A stretch of DNA of 64,000 nucleotides from an uncultured Spirochaetota bacterium (GTDB lineage: Bacteria; Spirochaetota; Spirochaetia; SZUA-6; Fen-1364), in contig CAWAHW010000001.1 in the NCBI GenBank assembly GCA_963781885.1, positions 224,001 through 288,000 on the forward strand, read 5' to 3'. A program made the position numbers and the translations under genes. Positions 39,695 through 49,926 of the stretch are shown here, piece by piece. The notes below the pieces were generated by a model. It searched no databases. It was not told the origin of the DNA and saw nothing but the letters and a program-made list of their open reading frames with translations. Each line of letters starts with the position of its first letter. Within the stretch, counting starts at the first letter, position 1.

Positions 39695-41852
39695 TCATTT
39701 CACCGTCAGGTTGAAAACGCCGTCCCAGTCCTTCCCGGCGAATCCTTGCGGAACAGCGCGATACGCTTCAGGAACACGTTGCTCGTCTCGTCGTTGTAGT
39801 CCTTGGAAAGGGAATGGCAAATCCCTTCTCCGCCGAGTCCCACTTCTGCTTGCGGTAGAGCCCGAGGGAGGTCTCGAAGAGCTTCTTGAACCGCTCGTCC
39901 CGCTCCGTCGCGCCCTTCTTCTCCCGGATGATCTCGTAGATGCGCACGGGAAGGCTCTTGCCCTTCACGGTCATCAGGTCGACCTCGCGGCAGAGGTACT
40001 CCCCCTCCACCTTGTCGTATACGGCCTCGGTGATCAGGGAGCCGGTGCCGTACTGCTTGTTGGCGCCTTCCAGCCGCGCGGCAAGGTTCACCGTGTCGCC
40101 GATGCTCGTGAAGTCCATGCGGTCCTTCGCGCCCACGCTCCCGTGAACGACGGGTCCCGTATTGATGCCGATGCCGATGTCGATGACCGTCCCCGCCGAC
40201 TCCGAGGCCTTGCGGGCCTCCTCCGCCATCGCGCGGCGTATCTCCAGCCCCGCCTTGCAGGCGTTTATCTCTTTGCGCACGCCATCGAACTGCGCCATCA
40301 TCTCGTCACCGACGTACTTGTCCACGTCGCCGTCGTTGGCGGAGATGATGGAGGTCTGCAGGTCGAGGTAGTGATTGAGGAGCTCCACCACCTGTTCGGG
40401 CTCCATGCCCTCACAGAGGGTCGTGAAACCGCGGATGTCGGTGAACAGGAACGTGAGATCCTTGCTCTCCGTGGTCGGCTTTCCCTGCTCGGCGTGCTGA
40501 AGGGTGGACTGGGAGATATAGGGGATGACGCCGCGGATGACGTTCGCCATGTGGTTCACCTCCCCCGAGAGGAGCTTGATCTCGTCGTGGGTGTGCACCC
40601 GGTCCTTGTACACCAGGAGATCGGAGGAGAACCGCAGCTGGCCCCGGACCATGTTGGACAGCACGTTGGCGATTGAGTTCACGCTCATGCGCAGATAGAG
40701 GATGGGGAACACGATCCCGCGGCCGAAGAGATAGATCAGGAAAATCGATGCATACATGAAGATGGCGGCGATGACGAACACCTTCACCTGCGTGCGGAAG
40801 TAAGGCTCGTAGATCACGTCACGGGCATAGTCCACCTTCACGTAGCCGATGAATGTCGTGCTGAGGGACACGGGCGCGAGGTACTCGTACGTCTTTGCGC
40901 TCGCGTTGTAGCGGCTCGTCGTCGCCGTGAACGCGTCGAGGGCCGGCGCGGTCTGGCCGATGATCGACCGATCGGTGCTGCCCCAGACGACGAATCCGCC
41001 CGCCTTCGCATCCTTGCGATAGAAGGAAAGGGTGTTGAACTTCGTGAAGGCGGCGCCCCCCGCGCTCGGCAGATTCTTCTTCGCCTCGGCGGCGAAATAG
41101 TCGTCCAGGGAGATGCGGTCCTTGTCCGAGGGATTGGCCTTCGCGACGCTCGCCGTCCTGTCGGCCAGCCCTTCGCCGTTGGCGTTCACGGAGGCGAGCA
41201 GGGTCTGGCTGAAATCGCGCAGCAGGAGGAAGGCGAGCACGATGATGATCACGAGGATGAGGGGCACGAAGGTGAGGATCAGCTTCCTCTGGATGCCCTG
41301 CCTCTGCGCCGCGGCCGCGGGGGTGTTGGACTGCTGATCGCCCGCGCGGCGGAACTCCAGGTATTCCTGGAACGCGATGTCGCGCTTGCTGATGCTGAGG
41401 ATGAGCGTGACGATGAAATAGCCGTTAAAAGCCAGCGAGATCACGGCGACGACGAACGTGAAGGGGGGGAAGCCGGCAAAGTAGCTCGCGCTCGCCGCCC
41501 TGCTCACCAGGTCCAGGACCACCAGCGCGACGACGAGGCCCGAGGACAGGATGTTGAGGGCAGCCGGGATGGTGAGCTCGGGATAGACGGCCACGTGCAG
41601 CCGGGCGGGCATGAAGACCGCCGCGACCTTCCACAGGCAGATGAGCGGGATCAGGTAGCCGATCACCGTCACGACCACCCGTGCCCCTGCCCGCGCGGGA
41701 TCGGACCCGTAGAGCACCTCACCGAGGGTGCGCGGGTTGAAGCCCCCGAGGGCGGTGCTCACGAACGGCAGCACGTACCAGACGATGATGAGGGCGGAGT
41801 ATGCCACCTCCACCGCGTGCAATCCGATCCTCGGCCGCGGAATTTGTTTCAT
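39695..41852 (-). CDS. Membrane-bound class III adenylate/guanylate cyclase; C-terminus disrupted by two indels
   Basis: Multiple TM helices; LFTDIRGFT, DKYVGDE, IGDTVNLAARLEG; tail SKDYNDETSNVFLKRI and DWDGVFNLTVK* lies in shifted frames (~39812, ~39738). Confidence 0.88.
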
Positions 41853-41855
41853 GCT

Positions 41856-43115
41856 CTATCCTCCCACCTGGTCAATCACCTTCTGTTTTTCACGCGCCTT
41901 GTCAAGATAGTCGCCGGCCTGTTCGTAGTCGACCTGCACGCCGACGACGGTCTGCAGGAGAGTGATCGCGTCCTTGTAGTTCTCATTGCGGTACGCGTCG
42001 ACGCCCTGCGCGTAGATGTCCTTGATCTTGTCGAGGATGGCCTGCGCCCGTGTATCGAGCGCCGCCTGTTTCGTCTGGTCGGTCGTCGTGCGCGCCAGGG
42101 CGTCGATCTTGCGCTGCGCCGAGACCAGCTGGCCATCCGTGATGAGCTTGTCGACGTCCGCCACGGTGGCCTCGAACGTTGCCGCGGTGTCCGCCCTGCC
42201 GCGGATGTCGGAGATCTGGCGCTTCAGCGCCGTGGCGTCAGCGGTGCGTGACGCGGCGAGCGCCGCATCGGTGCGTGCATCCGCGTTGGGGTAGTCCTTC
42301 TGCGCGAAGTAGGCCTTCGCCCAGGCGTAGTTCAGGTTGTAGGTGGCGCTGCGCACGTCCGCGTCGTAGTTGTTGCCCGTCTTGCGGTTCAGGTCGGCAA
42401 GCCCCGTGAGCTGGGTCCGCGCATCGGCGTATTTCGCCTCGGTGAGGAGGCTCTGGAACGTCGCCACGCGCGCGGCGACGAGCTTGCCGACTGCCGTCTT
42501 CACCGTGCTCATCTGGGAGAGGGCGGGGCCATTCTTCGGGTCGATGTCGAGCGCCCGGGAGATGCTCGGGTAGGCGTCGGTGTACTGCTTCTCCTGCGTG
42601 GCCGCGGGCGTCTTGTCGTTCAGGCCGGCGAGCGAGGTCTTGGCCTTTGCAAGGTAGGAATCGGCGAGCTTGGCCCGGTCCGACGCGGTATCGACGAGCA
42701 TCTTCTGCACGTCGGGGTTTTTCGCGTCGATGCGCGACGCTGCCTGGAGAGAGACGAACAGGGCGTAGTTGTCGTCGTCCGTGCGCTTGGCCTTTGCGAG
42801 TGTCTTCGTCGCGGTGCCGATGTTCGCCTTCAGCTTCTGGTCCTTGAAGTTGTCGACGAGGGTGAGGTACTGCTGCGCCTGGGTGTTCGACGGGTCGAGC
42901 TGGAGGGCGATGCTGAAGTATTCCCGCACGCGCGGGATCTGGTCGAATGCCTGCCGGCGGACAAGGGTGAGCTGGTACTCTTCGATGCCCGCTGCCGTGA
43001 GAGCCTGCGCCTTGCTCTGGTCGTCGAGCTTCTGAATGAGGAACGTATCGCTCGTCGAGGTACAACCCATCACGACAAGCGTGACCAGCGCCACCAAAAG
43101 AAGAGCCTTCTTCAT
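41856..43115 (-). CDS. TPR-like helical lipoprotein
   Basis: MKKALLLVALVTLVVMGC lipobox; ALQLDPSN and ALDIDPKN TPR-like turns; 3 bp upstream of the cyclase gene. Confidence 0.8.
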   Translation of the reverse strand: MKKALLLVALVTLVVMGCTSTSDTFLIQKLDDQSKAQALTAAGIEEYQLTLVRRQAFDQIPRVREYFSIALQLDPSNTQAQQYLTLVDNFKDQKLKANIGTATKTLAKAKRTDDDNYALFVSLQAASRIDAKNPDVQKMLVDTASDRAKLADSYLAKAKTSLAGLNDKTPAATQEKQYTDAYPSISRALDIDPKNGPALSQMSTVKTAVGKLVAARVATFQSLLTEAKYADARTQLTGLADLNRKTGNNYDADVRSATYNLNYAWAKAYFAQKDYPNADARTDAALAASRTADATALKRQISDIRGRADTAATFEATVADVDKLITDGQLVSAQRKIDALARTTTDQTKQAALDTRAQAILDKIKDIYAQGVDAYRNENYKDAITLLQTVVGVQVDYEQAGDYLDKAREKQKVIDQVGG

Positions 43116-43213
43116 ATCCGCAGCTCCTGTGGTGTGAGTATAGCCCTGTTTCAGCCGCCGGGACAAGTGCGGCCCCGTCACTCCTTCCGCCTGACGTGCA
43201 CCGAAAGCCCCGC

Positions 43214-44017
43214 TCAGGCCATGCCCTCCAGTCTGCCCTCGCGCTCGGCGGTGATGTAGTTCATGCAGAACTGGTCGCGTCCCGCAAGGGCTTCGGCTGC
43301 GGCAATGTGCGCCATCATGCGCGGGTCCAGCGGGTCGACGATCGCCGAATCGAGGCCCTTGGCAATGGCCATGGCGACGAAAACCTGGTTCACCAGCTTC
43401 CGCTTCGGCAGCCCGTAAGAGACATTGGACAGCCCGCAGGTCTTATGCACGAGCGGGTGTTCGCCGCTGATCTTCTCCACGACCCAGAGGGCCGCCATCG
43501 CGGAGTCGCCGTTGGTGCTCACCGGTCGGATGAGCGGATCGACGAAGATGTGATCCGGCGGGACCCCGTCGTCTTCCAGCCTCTTGATGAGGCCATCGGC
43601 GACGGTCCAGACCTTTGTCATGTCGTCAGTCATGCCGTTGTCGTCCAGGCTCAGGGCGACGACGCGCGCGCCGTACTTCTTGAGGAAGGGAATGAGGGTC
43701 TTGTAGCGGTCGGCTTCCGCGGAGATGGAGTTCAGGAAGGGTTCCCGTCCCGCCAGGGCGAGCCCCGCTTCCACGGCCGCGGGACGGGGAGAATCGATCG
43801 ACAGCGGCGCGTCGGTCACCTGCCGGATCGTCCCGATGAGCCACTGCATCTTTTCCACTTCGTCGGTCGGGAAGGCCCCGGCGTTCACGTCGATCCAGCC
43901 CGCGCCCGCCTCGACCTGATTCTTCGCGAGCGTCTGGATGGCGGCGGCGTCCTTCTCCTCGATGGCCTTGCGGATCTGCTTGCGCGTGGAATTGATGAGC
44001 TCGCCGATGATGAGCAT
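43214..44017 (-). CDS. acsE: Methyltetrahydrofolate:corrinoid methyltransferase (AcsE-like, pterin-binding)
   Basis: MLIIGELINSTRK, DVNAG, LSIDS, NSIS, VDP, GLSNVSYGLP. Confidence 0.88.
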   Translation of the reverse strand: MLIIGELINSTRKQIRKAIEEKDAAAIQTLAKNQVEAGAGWIDVNAGAFPTDEVEKMQWLIGTIRQVTDAPLSIDSPRPAAVEAGLALAGREPFLNSISAEADRYKTLIPFLKKYGARVVALSLDDNGMTDDMTKVWTVADGLIKRLEDDGVPPDHIFVDPLIRPVSTNGDSAMAALWVVEKISGEHPLVHKTCGLSNVSYGLPKRKLVNQVFVAMAIAKGLDSAIVDPLDPRMMAHIAAAEALAGRDQFCMNYITAEREGRLEGMA

Positions 44018-44130
44018 GCAGCACCTCTTTGTTCAAGAGCGATGGGGGATACGTGGCATCATAGGTGGCGGCCCGCCGAAGGTCAAGCTTGGCGCGGCGT
44101 CAGATGGAAGAATCGCCCGCGGCGAAACGG

Positions 44131-45378
44131 CTACCGGCCGGCGTCGAAGGAGTAGCCGACCTCCTGAAACTGCGCGCGGAACTCCTTCACCTCGTCGCCC
44201 ACGAACTTCTTGTCGATCAGGCAGCGCTTGAAAAGCTCCGCGATGCGGTCCATCTCCGGTTCCTTCATGCCGACCCTCGTCATCTCCTGGACCCCGAGCC
44301 GGATGCCGGCCGGGCTCGTCGCATGGTCCAGCGGCTCGAAGGGCAGGAGATTCATGTTCACGATTATCCTGTTGTCCTTCAGGTCGCGGGCGGCGGCGTC
44401 TCCGCCCCCGTGCGCACTCATGTCGATGGCCACCTGGTGGCTCTCCGTGAAACCGAACTTCTCCGCCTGCACGGCGAATCCGCAGTCGTAGAGCTTGCGC
44501 GCGAACTGTTTCGCATTGGCGATCACCTGGCGCGCGTAGTCGACGCCGAACTCCAGCACCTCGTACGTTGCGGAGGTGAGGGCGACAAGTGTCTCCAGGT
44601 GGTGATTGGACGAGGAACCGGGAAACGCGCCTTTGTCGATCCTTCGCCATTCCTCGTCGTCAAGATTGGACAGGATCACGCCGCGCTGGGAGCCGAAGAA
44701 CGTCTTGTGCGTGCTGCCCGTCACGATGGCCGCGCCGTCTCCCAGCGGATCCTGGAACTGCCCGCCGGCCACGAGGCCCAGCACGTGGGCCGCGTCATAG
44801 ATGAGGTGGATGCCTTTCTTCCGGCAGTAGGGCGCCAGCTCTTTCACCGGCTCGGGAAACAGGAAGAGGCTCTTGCCCATGATGAGGACCTTGGGGTCGA
44901 AGGACTTCAGGATGTCCAGCGTATGATCCACGTCGATGTGCCAGCCGTCGGCGGTGAGCGGGAAATTCACGATGTTCTTCGTGTACTTTCCCACCGAGCC
45001 CGCCTTGTGGTGGCTGATGTGCCCGCCGGCCGGGGTGGAGTTCACCATGACGATGTCACCCCAGCGGATGTAGCGGCTGAACACGGCGTCGTTGGCGATG
45101 GTCCCGCTGATGGGCCGTACGTCGGCGTGCTTGCAGTGGAAGAGCGACTTCATCTGCTGCTTCAGGAGGCTCTCGATCTCGTCGATGATCTCCGTTCCCT
45201 GGTAGTAGCGCTCCCCCGGGTGTCCCTCGGCGTAGCGGTGGGCGAAGTCCGATCCCATGAGGCCGCGCACGCGGCGGCTTGTGACGTTCTCACTGGCGAT
45301 CAGGTTGATGCACGACCCGCGCCAGTCATTCTGCTCCTTCACCAGCGCTTCGATGTGGGCCGCGTTTCGCTCGTACAT
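44131..45378 (-). CDS. glyA: Serine hydroxymethyltransferase (archaeal-like)
   Basis: LIASEN, RYAEG..RYYQG, GGHISH, YDAAH, GSTHKT (PLP lysine). Confidence 0.93.
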   Translation of the reverse strand: MYERNAAHIEALVKEQNDWRGSCINLIASENVTSRRVRGLMGSDFAHRYAEGHPGERYYQGTEIIDEIESLLKQQMKSLFHCKHADVRPISGTIANDAVFSRYIRWGDIVMVNSTPAGGHISHHKAGSVGKYTKNIVNFPLTADGWHIDVDHTLDILKSFDPKVLIMGKSLFLFPEPVKELAPYCRKKGIHLIYDAAHVLGLVAGGQFQDPLGDGAAIVTGSTHKTFFGSQRGVILSNLDDEEWRRIDKGAFPGSSSNHHLETLVALTSATYEVLEFGVDYARQVIANAKQFARKLYDCGFAVQAEKFGFTESHQVAIDMSAHGGGDAAARDLKDNRIIVNMNLLPFEPLDHATSPAGIRLGVQEMTRVGMKEPEMDRIAELFKRCLIDKKFVGDEVKEFRAQFQEVGYSFDAGR

Positions 45379-45390
45379 GAATCTTCCTTT

Positions 45391-46350
45391 CTACAGGGCC
45401 GCGAGGAACTCGTAGGCGCGGTCATCGACGCCGGGAATCCCCTCGTGCCCGAAATCGGGGTAGACGAGCATGCTCTTCTTGCACGTCAGGCGGTTGTAGG
45501 CGGCAAACTGGGTCGATGCCGGGCAGATCGCGTCCATGAGCCCGGTGGCGAAGCACGTCTCCGCGCGGATGCGCGGCGCGAGGTACTGCACGTCGATGTA
45601 TCCCAGCCTCGTGAAAACGTCCTGCTCGCGCTCGTGGAGGGGGTCGTAGGTGCGGAAGTACCAGGCAAGCTCCTCGTAGGCCTGCTCGGCGAGATCCATC
45701 TCCCAGACGCGCTTGTAGTCGCAGAGAAAGGGATAGATCGAGAATGCCCGCCGGATGCGCGGCTCCAGCGCGGCGCAGACGAGCGTCAGGCCCCCGCCCT
45801 GCGATGCGCCGGTGGCGCCCACCCGGTCGGGATCGACGTCCGCCATGCCCATCACGATGCCGGCAAGCTGCGCCGTGTCCAGGAAAACCTGGCGGAAGAG
45901 AAGCTTATCCGGCTCGTCGTCGAGCCCGCGGATGAAATGCCCCTTCCACGTCGAGCCCTTCACGCCGCCCTTGTCCTCGGAAAGGCCGCCCTGGCCGCGG
46001 CAATCCAGCGCCGCTGCCGTGAAGCCCAGGGCTGCCCATCGCAGCTTGTCCGCCCAATCCCCGCTGTTCACCGTGTATCCATGGAAAAGGAGAACCGCGG
46101 GGTGACGGCCCTTCGGTTTCGCGGGCCGCACGAGCTTGGCATGGATGCGCGCGCCGCCCACGCCGGTGAAATAGAGATGGAAACATTCGGCATAGGGAGC
46201 GCTCATGGCGACGGGAACCAGCTCGATCTTCGGATCCACGGCCTGCATCTCCGCGAGCGCGCGCGCCCAGTAGGCGTCATGATCGCCCGGCCGGGGGCTC
46301 CTGCCGTGGTAACTGCGAAGCTCTTCCAAAGGCATGTCGATGAGCGGCAT
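45391..46350 (-). CDS. Acetylxylan esterase / cephalosporin-C deacetylase (CE7)
   Basis: FHGY, DCRGQ, GASQGG, D...C.ASTQFAAYN, GHE. Confidence 0.93.
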   Translation of the reverse strand: MPLIDMPLEELRSYHGRSPRPGDHDAYWARALAEMQAVDPKIELVPVAMSAPYAECFHLYFTGVGGARIHAKLVRPAKPKGRHPAVLLFHGYTVNSGDWADKLRWAALGFTAAALDCRGQGGLSEDKGGVKGSTWKGHFIRGLDDEPDKLLFRQVFLDTAQLAGIVMGMADVDPDRVGATGASQGGGLTLVCAALEPRIRRAFSIYPFLCDYKRVWEMDLAEQAYEELAWYFRTYDPLHEREQDVFTRLGYIDVQYLAPRIRAETCFATGLMDAICPASTQFAAYNRLTCKKSMLVYPDFGHEGIPGVDDRAYEFLAAL

Positions 46351-46428
46351 AGCCCAAGAATATAGGCGGTTGCGCCGATCTACGCAAGAACGCCGCCTCC
46401 AGCTATGCCGCGGAAGGCGGCACGCGGG

Positions 46429-47685
46429 CTAATGCTTGAAGCACCTCTGGCCGGTATACACCATGGCAACGCCTGCCTCATTGCAGGCCTCGATGGATTC
46501 GAAATCCCGGTCAGACCCCCCAGGCTGCGCAATAGCCGTGACGCCTTCCCGGATGCCGACATCCACGCCGTCGCGGAAGGGAAAAAAGCCATCGGATATC
46601 ATGCAGGCGCCGCTGATGCCGCCCTTCTGCCGCGCGACCTCGCGGTCGATCTCGGCGCGCGCCTCGGGCTTTTCAAGCGATGCATACGGCGTCTGGAAGC
46701 TCTCCCAGGCAAGACGATCCGCCAGCTTGCGGAAGGCCTTGTCGCGCGCGATCTCCGCCACGCCCACCCTGTCCTGCTCCCCGGTCCCGATCCCGACCGT
46801 TGCCCCGTCCTTCACGTAGATCACGGAATTGCTCGTGATGCCGGTCTCCAGGAGCCAGCCGAAGAGAAGATCGTCGAGCTCCTTTTCGGTGGGCCGTCGT
46901 GCAATCTCATAGTGCTTTCCCTTGAAGGTGGCGGCCGCGGGAAGGAAGTCGCCGACGGCGAGGGTGGTCGGCACAAAAGCGGTCTGCGCGATGATACCGC
47001 CGTCGATGAGGCTCTTGAAGTCCACGTACTGTGTGCCGACGAACGACTCCAGACGGGACATGGCCCCGATCTTCATGACGCGCAGGTTTTTCCACCGGGC
47101 AAAAATGTCCAGCACGCCCGGGCCAAAGTCCGGAGCGACCACGACCTCGGCGTACGACGAGGCGATCAGCTCCGCCGTCTCCCGATCCACCTCGCGGTTC
47201 AGCGCGACGGCCCCGCCGAATGCTGCCAGCCGATCCGCGCTGTATGCCTTGTGGTAGGCATCGGCGAGCGTCGCGCCTTTTGCCGCACCGCAGGGATTGT
47301 TGTGCTTCACGATGATGGCGCACGGCGCCTGCGCGAAGTAGCGCAGCACGTTCAACGCATTGTCCACATCGGTGATATTGATCTTGCCCGGGTGCTTGCC
47401 GGACTGGAGGAGCTCAATGTCCGATGCAAGGGAGCGCCCCGGCGCGATCGTCGTGACGCTGCCGATCGTGAGATTGCCGTTGAGAAGGCGATAGAGCGCC
47501 GCTTCCTGCCCGGGGTTCTCCCCGTAGCGCAGGCCCTTCTCCTCCCCTCCAATGACCCACGTTGCCTTTTCATAGACAAGTGTCTGCCGCCCCGTCTCGC
47601 CAATGAAGCTGATCTCCATCCGGTCGGGGAAATGATCGTCCATGATACGCCTGTAGGCGCTCTTGAAGTCGGGCGTGCCGGGCAT
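46429..47685 (-). CDS. purH: PurH C-terminal domain (AICAR transformylase) as a separate gene
   Basis: LRYGENPGQ, KHNNPCG, AFGG, SDGFFPFRD, QPGGS..D, RCFKH. Confidence 0.92.
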   Translation of the reverse strand: MPGTPDFKSAYRRIMDDHFPDRMEISFIGETGRQTLVYEKATWVIGGEEKGLRYGENPGQEAALYRLLNGNLTIGSVTTIAPGRSLASDIELLQSGKHPGKINITDVDNALNVLRYFAQAPCAIIVKHNNPCGAAKGATLADAYHKAYSADRLAAFGGAVALNREVDRETAELIASSYAEVVVAPDFGPGVLDIFARWKNLRVMKIGAMSRLESFVGTQYVDFKSLIDGGIIAQTAFVPTTLAVGDFLPAAATFKGKHYEIARRPTEKELDDLLFGWLLETGITSNSVIYVKDGATVGIGTGEQDRVGVAEIARDKAFRKLADRLAWESFQTPYASLEKPEARAEIDREVARQKGGISGACMISDGFFPFRDGVDVGIREGVTAIAQPGGSDRDFESIEACNEAGVAMVYTGQRCFKH

Positions 47686-48368
47686 CAGCTCCCCCTATTG
47701 ACGGTGTAGGCGGCAAGGCCGGCGCCGGGGTCGGCCGCATCCAGGTAAGTGGTTATTGCCGCGTCGTAGCGGGCGATGCGCCGGAAGGCCGCCCGCGCCA
47801 GGCGGAACCGCGTCTCCAGGCCGAGCGTGCCATTTGCGGCTGCCAGCTCCTGGAGCACGCCGGCGTATTCACCCGGGTCCGTGACGGCAGCCACGCGGTG
47901 GAAGTTCTTCGCCGCGGCGCGGACCATGCACGGCCCGCCGATGTCGATGTTGGCGCGCGCGTCTTCCAGCGTCGCACCTGCCGCGGCGGACGCCTGCTCG
48001 AAGGGGTAGAGATTCACGACGACCATGTCGATGGCCGCGGCGCCGGTCCGGGCGAGGTCCTGGGTGTGATCGGGGTTGTAGGTTTCCGAAAGAAGACCGA
48101 GGTAGATCTTGAAGTCGAGCGTCTTCACGAGGCCGCCCTGCATTTCCGGCTGGCCGGTGTAGGCGGACACCTGTTTGAGGGACGACGCCGCGTCGCTGCC
48201 GAGTGCTTTTTCCAGGGCCTGAAATGTCCCGCCCGTGGAGAGGATGAGCGCGTCCGGGACGGCGGCCAGAAGCCCTGCCGCGAATGACGCAAGCCCCGTC
48301 TTGTCGAAGACGCTCACCAGGACGGTCTTCACCCTGACACGATCGTCTATCCTCTGGACCTTATTGAT
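47685..48368 (-). CDS. purH: PurH N-terminal domain (IMP cyclohydrolase, MGS-like) as a separate gene
   Basis: LVSVFDKTG, STGGT, VKTL, VVNLYPF, NIDIGGP; start uncertain (ATC 5 nt after AGGAGG). Confidence 0.88.
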   Translation of the reverse strand: MNKVQRIDDRVRVKTVLVSVFDKTGLASFAAGLLAAVPDALILSTGGTFQALEKALGSDAASSLKQVSAYTGQPEMQGGLVKTLDFKIYLGLLSETYNPDHTQDLARTGAAAIDMVVVNLYPFEQASAAAGATLEDARANIDIGGPCMVRAAAKNFHRVAAVTDPGEYAGVLQELAAANGTLGLETRFRLARAAFRRIARYDAAITTYLDAADPGAGLAAYTVNRGS

Positions 48369-48435
48369 GGCGGCCTCCTGGTGCCGGCATGCTAAGAGTT
48401 TTGGCAGGGATGCGCAAGGTCGTGGTCCGCGCGCG

Positions 48436-49861
48436 TCAGTTGCCGGAGGCTCCCGCGGCGCGGCCCTGTTCGGCGATCTGCAGCTCCGTCTCGACGGCAT
48501 CGGGCGCCCCCCGGCCTTCGATCTGGGCGAAGTAGGTCGCGGCGACCCGCTCCGGGCCGTTCTGCCCGGTAGACGACGGCGACGTAAAAGAGCATGCGCG
48601 CCTTCAGCGCCTGGTTGTGTTCCCGATCGATGCGCGCCAGGAGAGGGGCCTCGCCGCTTTTGTCCTCGAGGCAGCGCGCCACATCGTGGTACCAGGAATC
48701 CGCGGGCGCGCGGTCGAGCACCGGCGCCACCAGACCGGGCACATCGTCGGGCTTTCCCTGGCGCAGCGCGCAGAGTGCCGCGCAGAGCGGATAGGCGTGC
48801 TCTGTCTCGACGAAATCGTAGGCGCGGAGAAAAGCGGCCCGCGCCTGCGCCCAGTCGCCCGCCTTCCAGTTGAGAACGGCAAGAGGCTCGTAGGCGGCGC
48901 CGTATGACGGCTTCAGGCTCACGACGCGCTGCCAGTCGTTGATGGCGTCTGCCGTGTCCCCCCGCGTGCCGCGCGCTTCCGCACGCAGCGCGTAAGACTC
49001 GAACTGGTCGGGATCGAGCCGGATCGCCATGGAAAAATCCGCAACGGCCTCCGTGAGCAGGGACTGCGCGCGGTAGAGCTTGCCGCGATCGATGTACGAC
49101 CAGGAATAGGACGGGTCGAGCGCGATGGCCTTGGTGAGATCGTCGATCGCGCCCTTATTGTCGCCTGCGGCTTCGCGCACCCGGGACCGGTCGATGAAGG
49201 CAAAAGAATAGTCGGGCGCGGCGGCGATTGCGCGGCCGTACAGGTCGTCGGCCGCCTGCCATTCGTGCGCCTGGGACTTCAGGTCGCCCTGGCCGAGCAG
49301 CGCCGGCACGTTCGCGGGATCGCGGCTCAGGGCCTGGCTGAAATACCCTTCGGCTGTCGCGGAATCACCGCGGGCAAGGACGATGTTTCCCAGGGCCGCC
49401 AGCGCGTCAGGGTGCCCGGCGTCCACGGCGATCACCTGTCGGAGAAGGGCCTCCTGCTCGTCCTCGTGGCCGTCCATGCCGGCGACCAGCGAAAGACTGT
49501 ACAGGGCGTCGGTATTCTTCGGGTCATCGGCGAGGATCAGGTTGAACTCTTCGCGCGCCTCGGCGAGCTTGCCGGCCACCATGAGAAGACGGGCATGGAG
49601 GAGGCGGGTGTCGACGCCTTGCGGCTTTGCGGCGAGTGACTTTTCGTATGTCTCCAGCGCCTGCTCGGGTTTGCCAACCTCGATCGCCGCTGCCATGCTG
49701 TCATAGGGGACCCCCGATTCCGCGGGGGCAGTCTTCACGGGCGCGCGGGCGGGCGATATGCACGCGAAGAGGCCAACGAGGAGGGCGATGCATGTCGCAA
49801 CGAGGGCCGCGACGCTGTACTGCGCGGCAAAGGACGGGCGCAGACCTTTCACGGGAGCCAT
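48436..49861 (-). CDS. TPR-repeat lipoprotein; frameshift near 48566
   Basis: Many TPR units (AIALDPSY, AIRLDPD); removing one G gives the C-terminus YRQNGPERVAATYFAQIEG...* ending at 48436. Confidence 0.85.
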
Positions 49862-49926
49862 GGAACCCGCATGTGATAACGCGCAACGTTGAATCTTTCA
49901 AGCCCCCCTGATAGAATCCGCGCGCA

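Noticed and set aside
44018-44130. Possible cobalamin or THF riboswitch upstream of the acsE-like gene
   Set aside because: Short GC-rich spacer with no recognisable B12-box or other riboswitch consensus.
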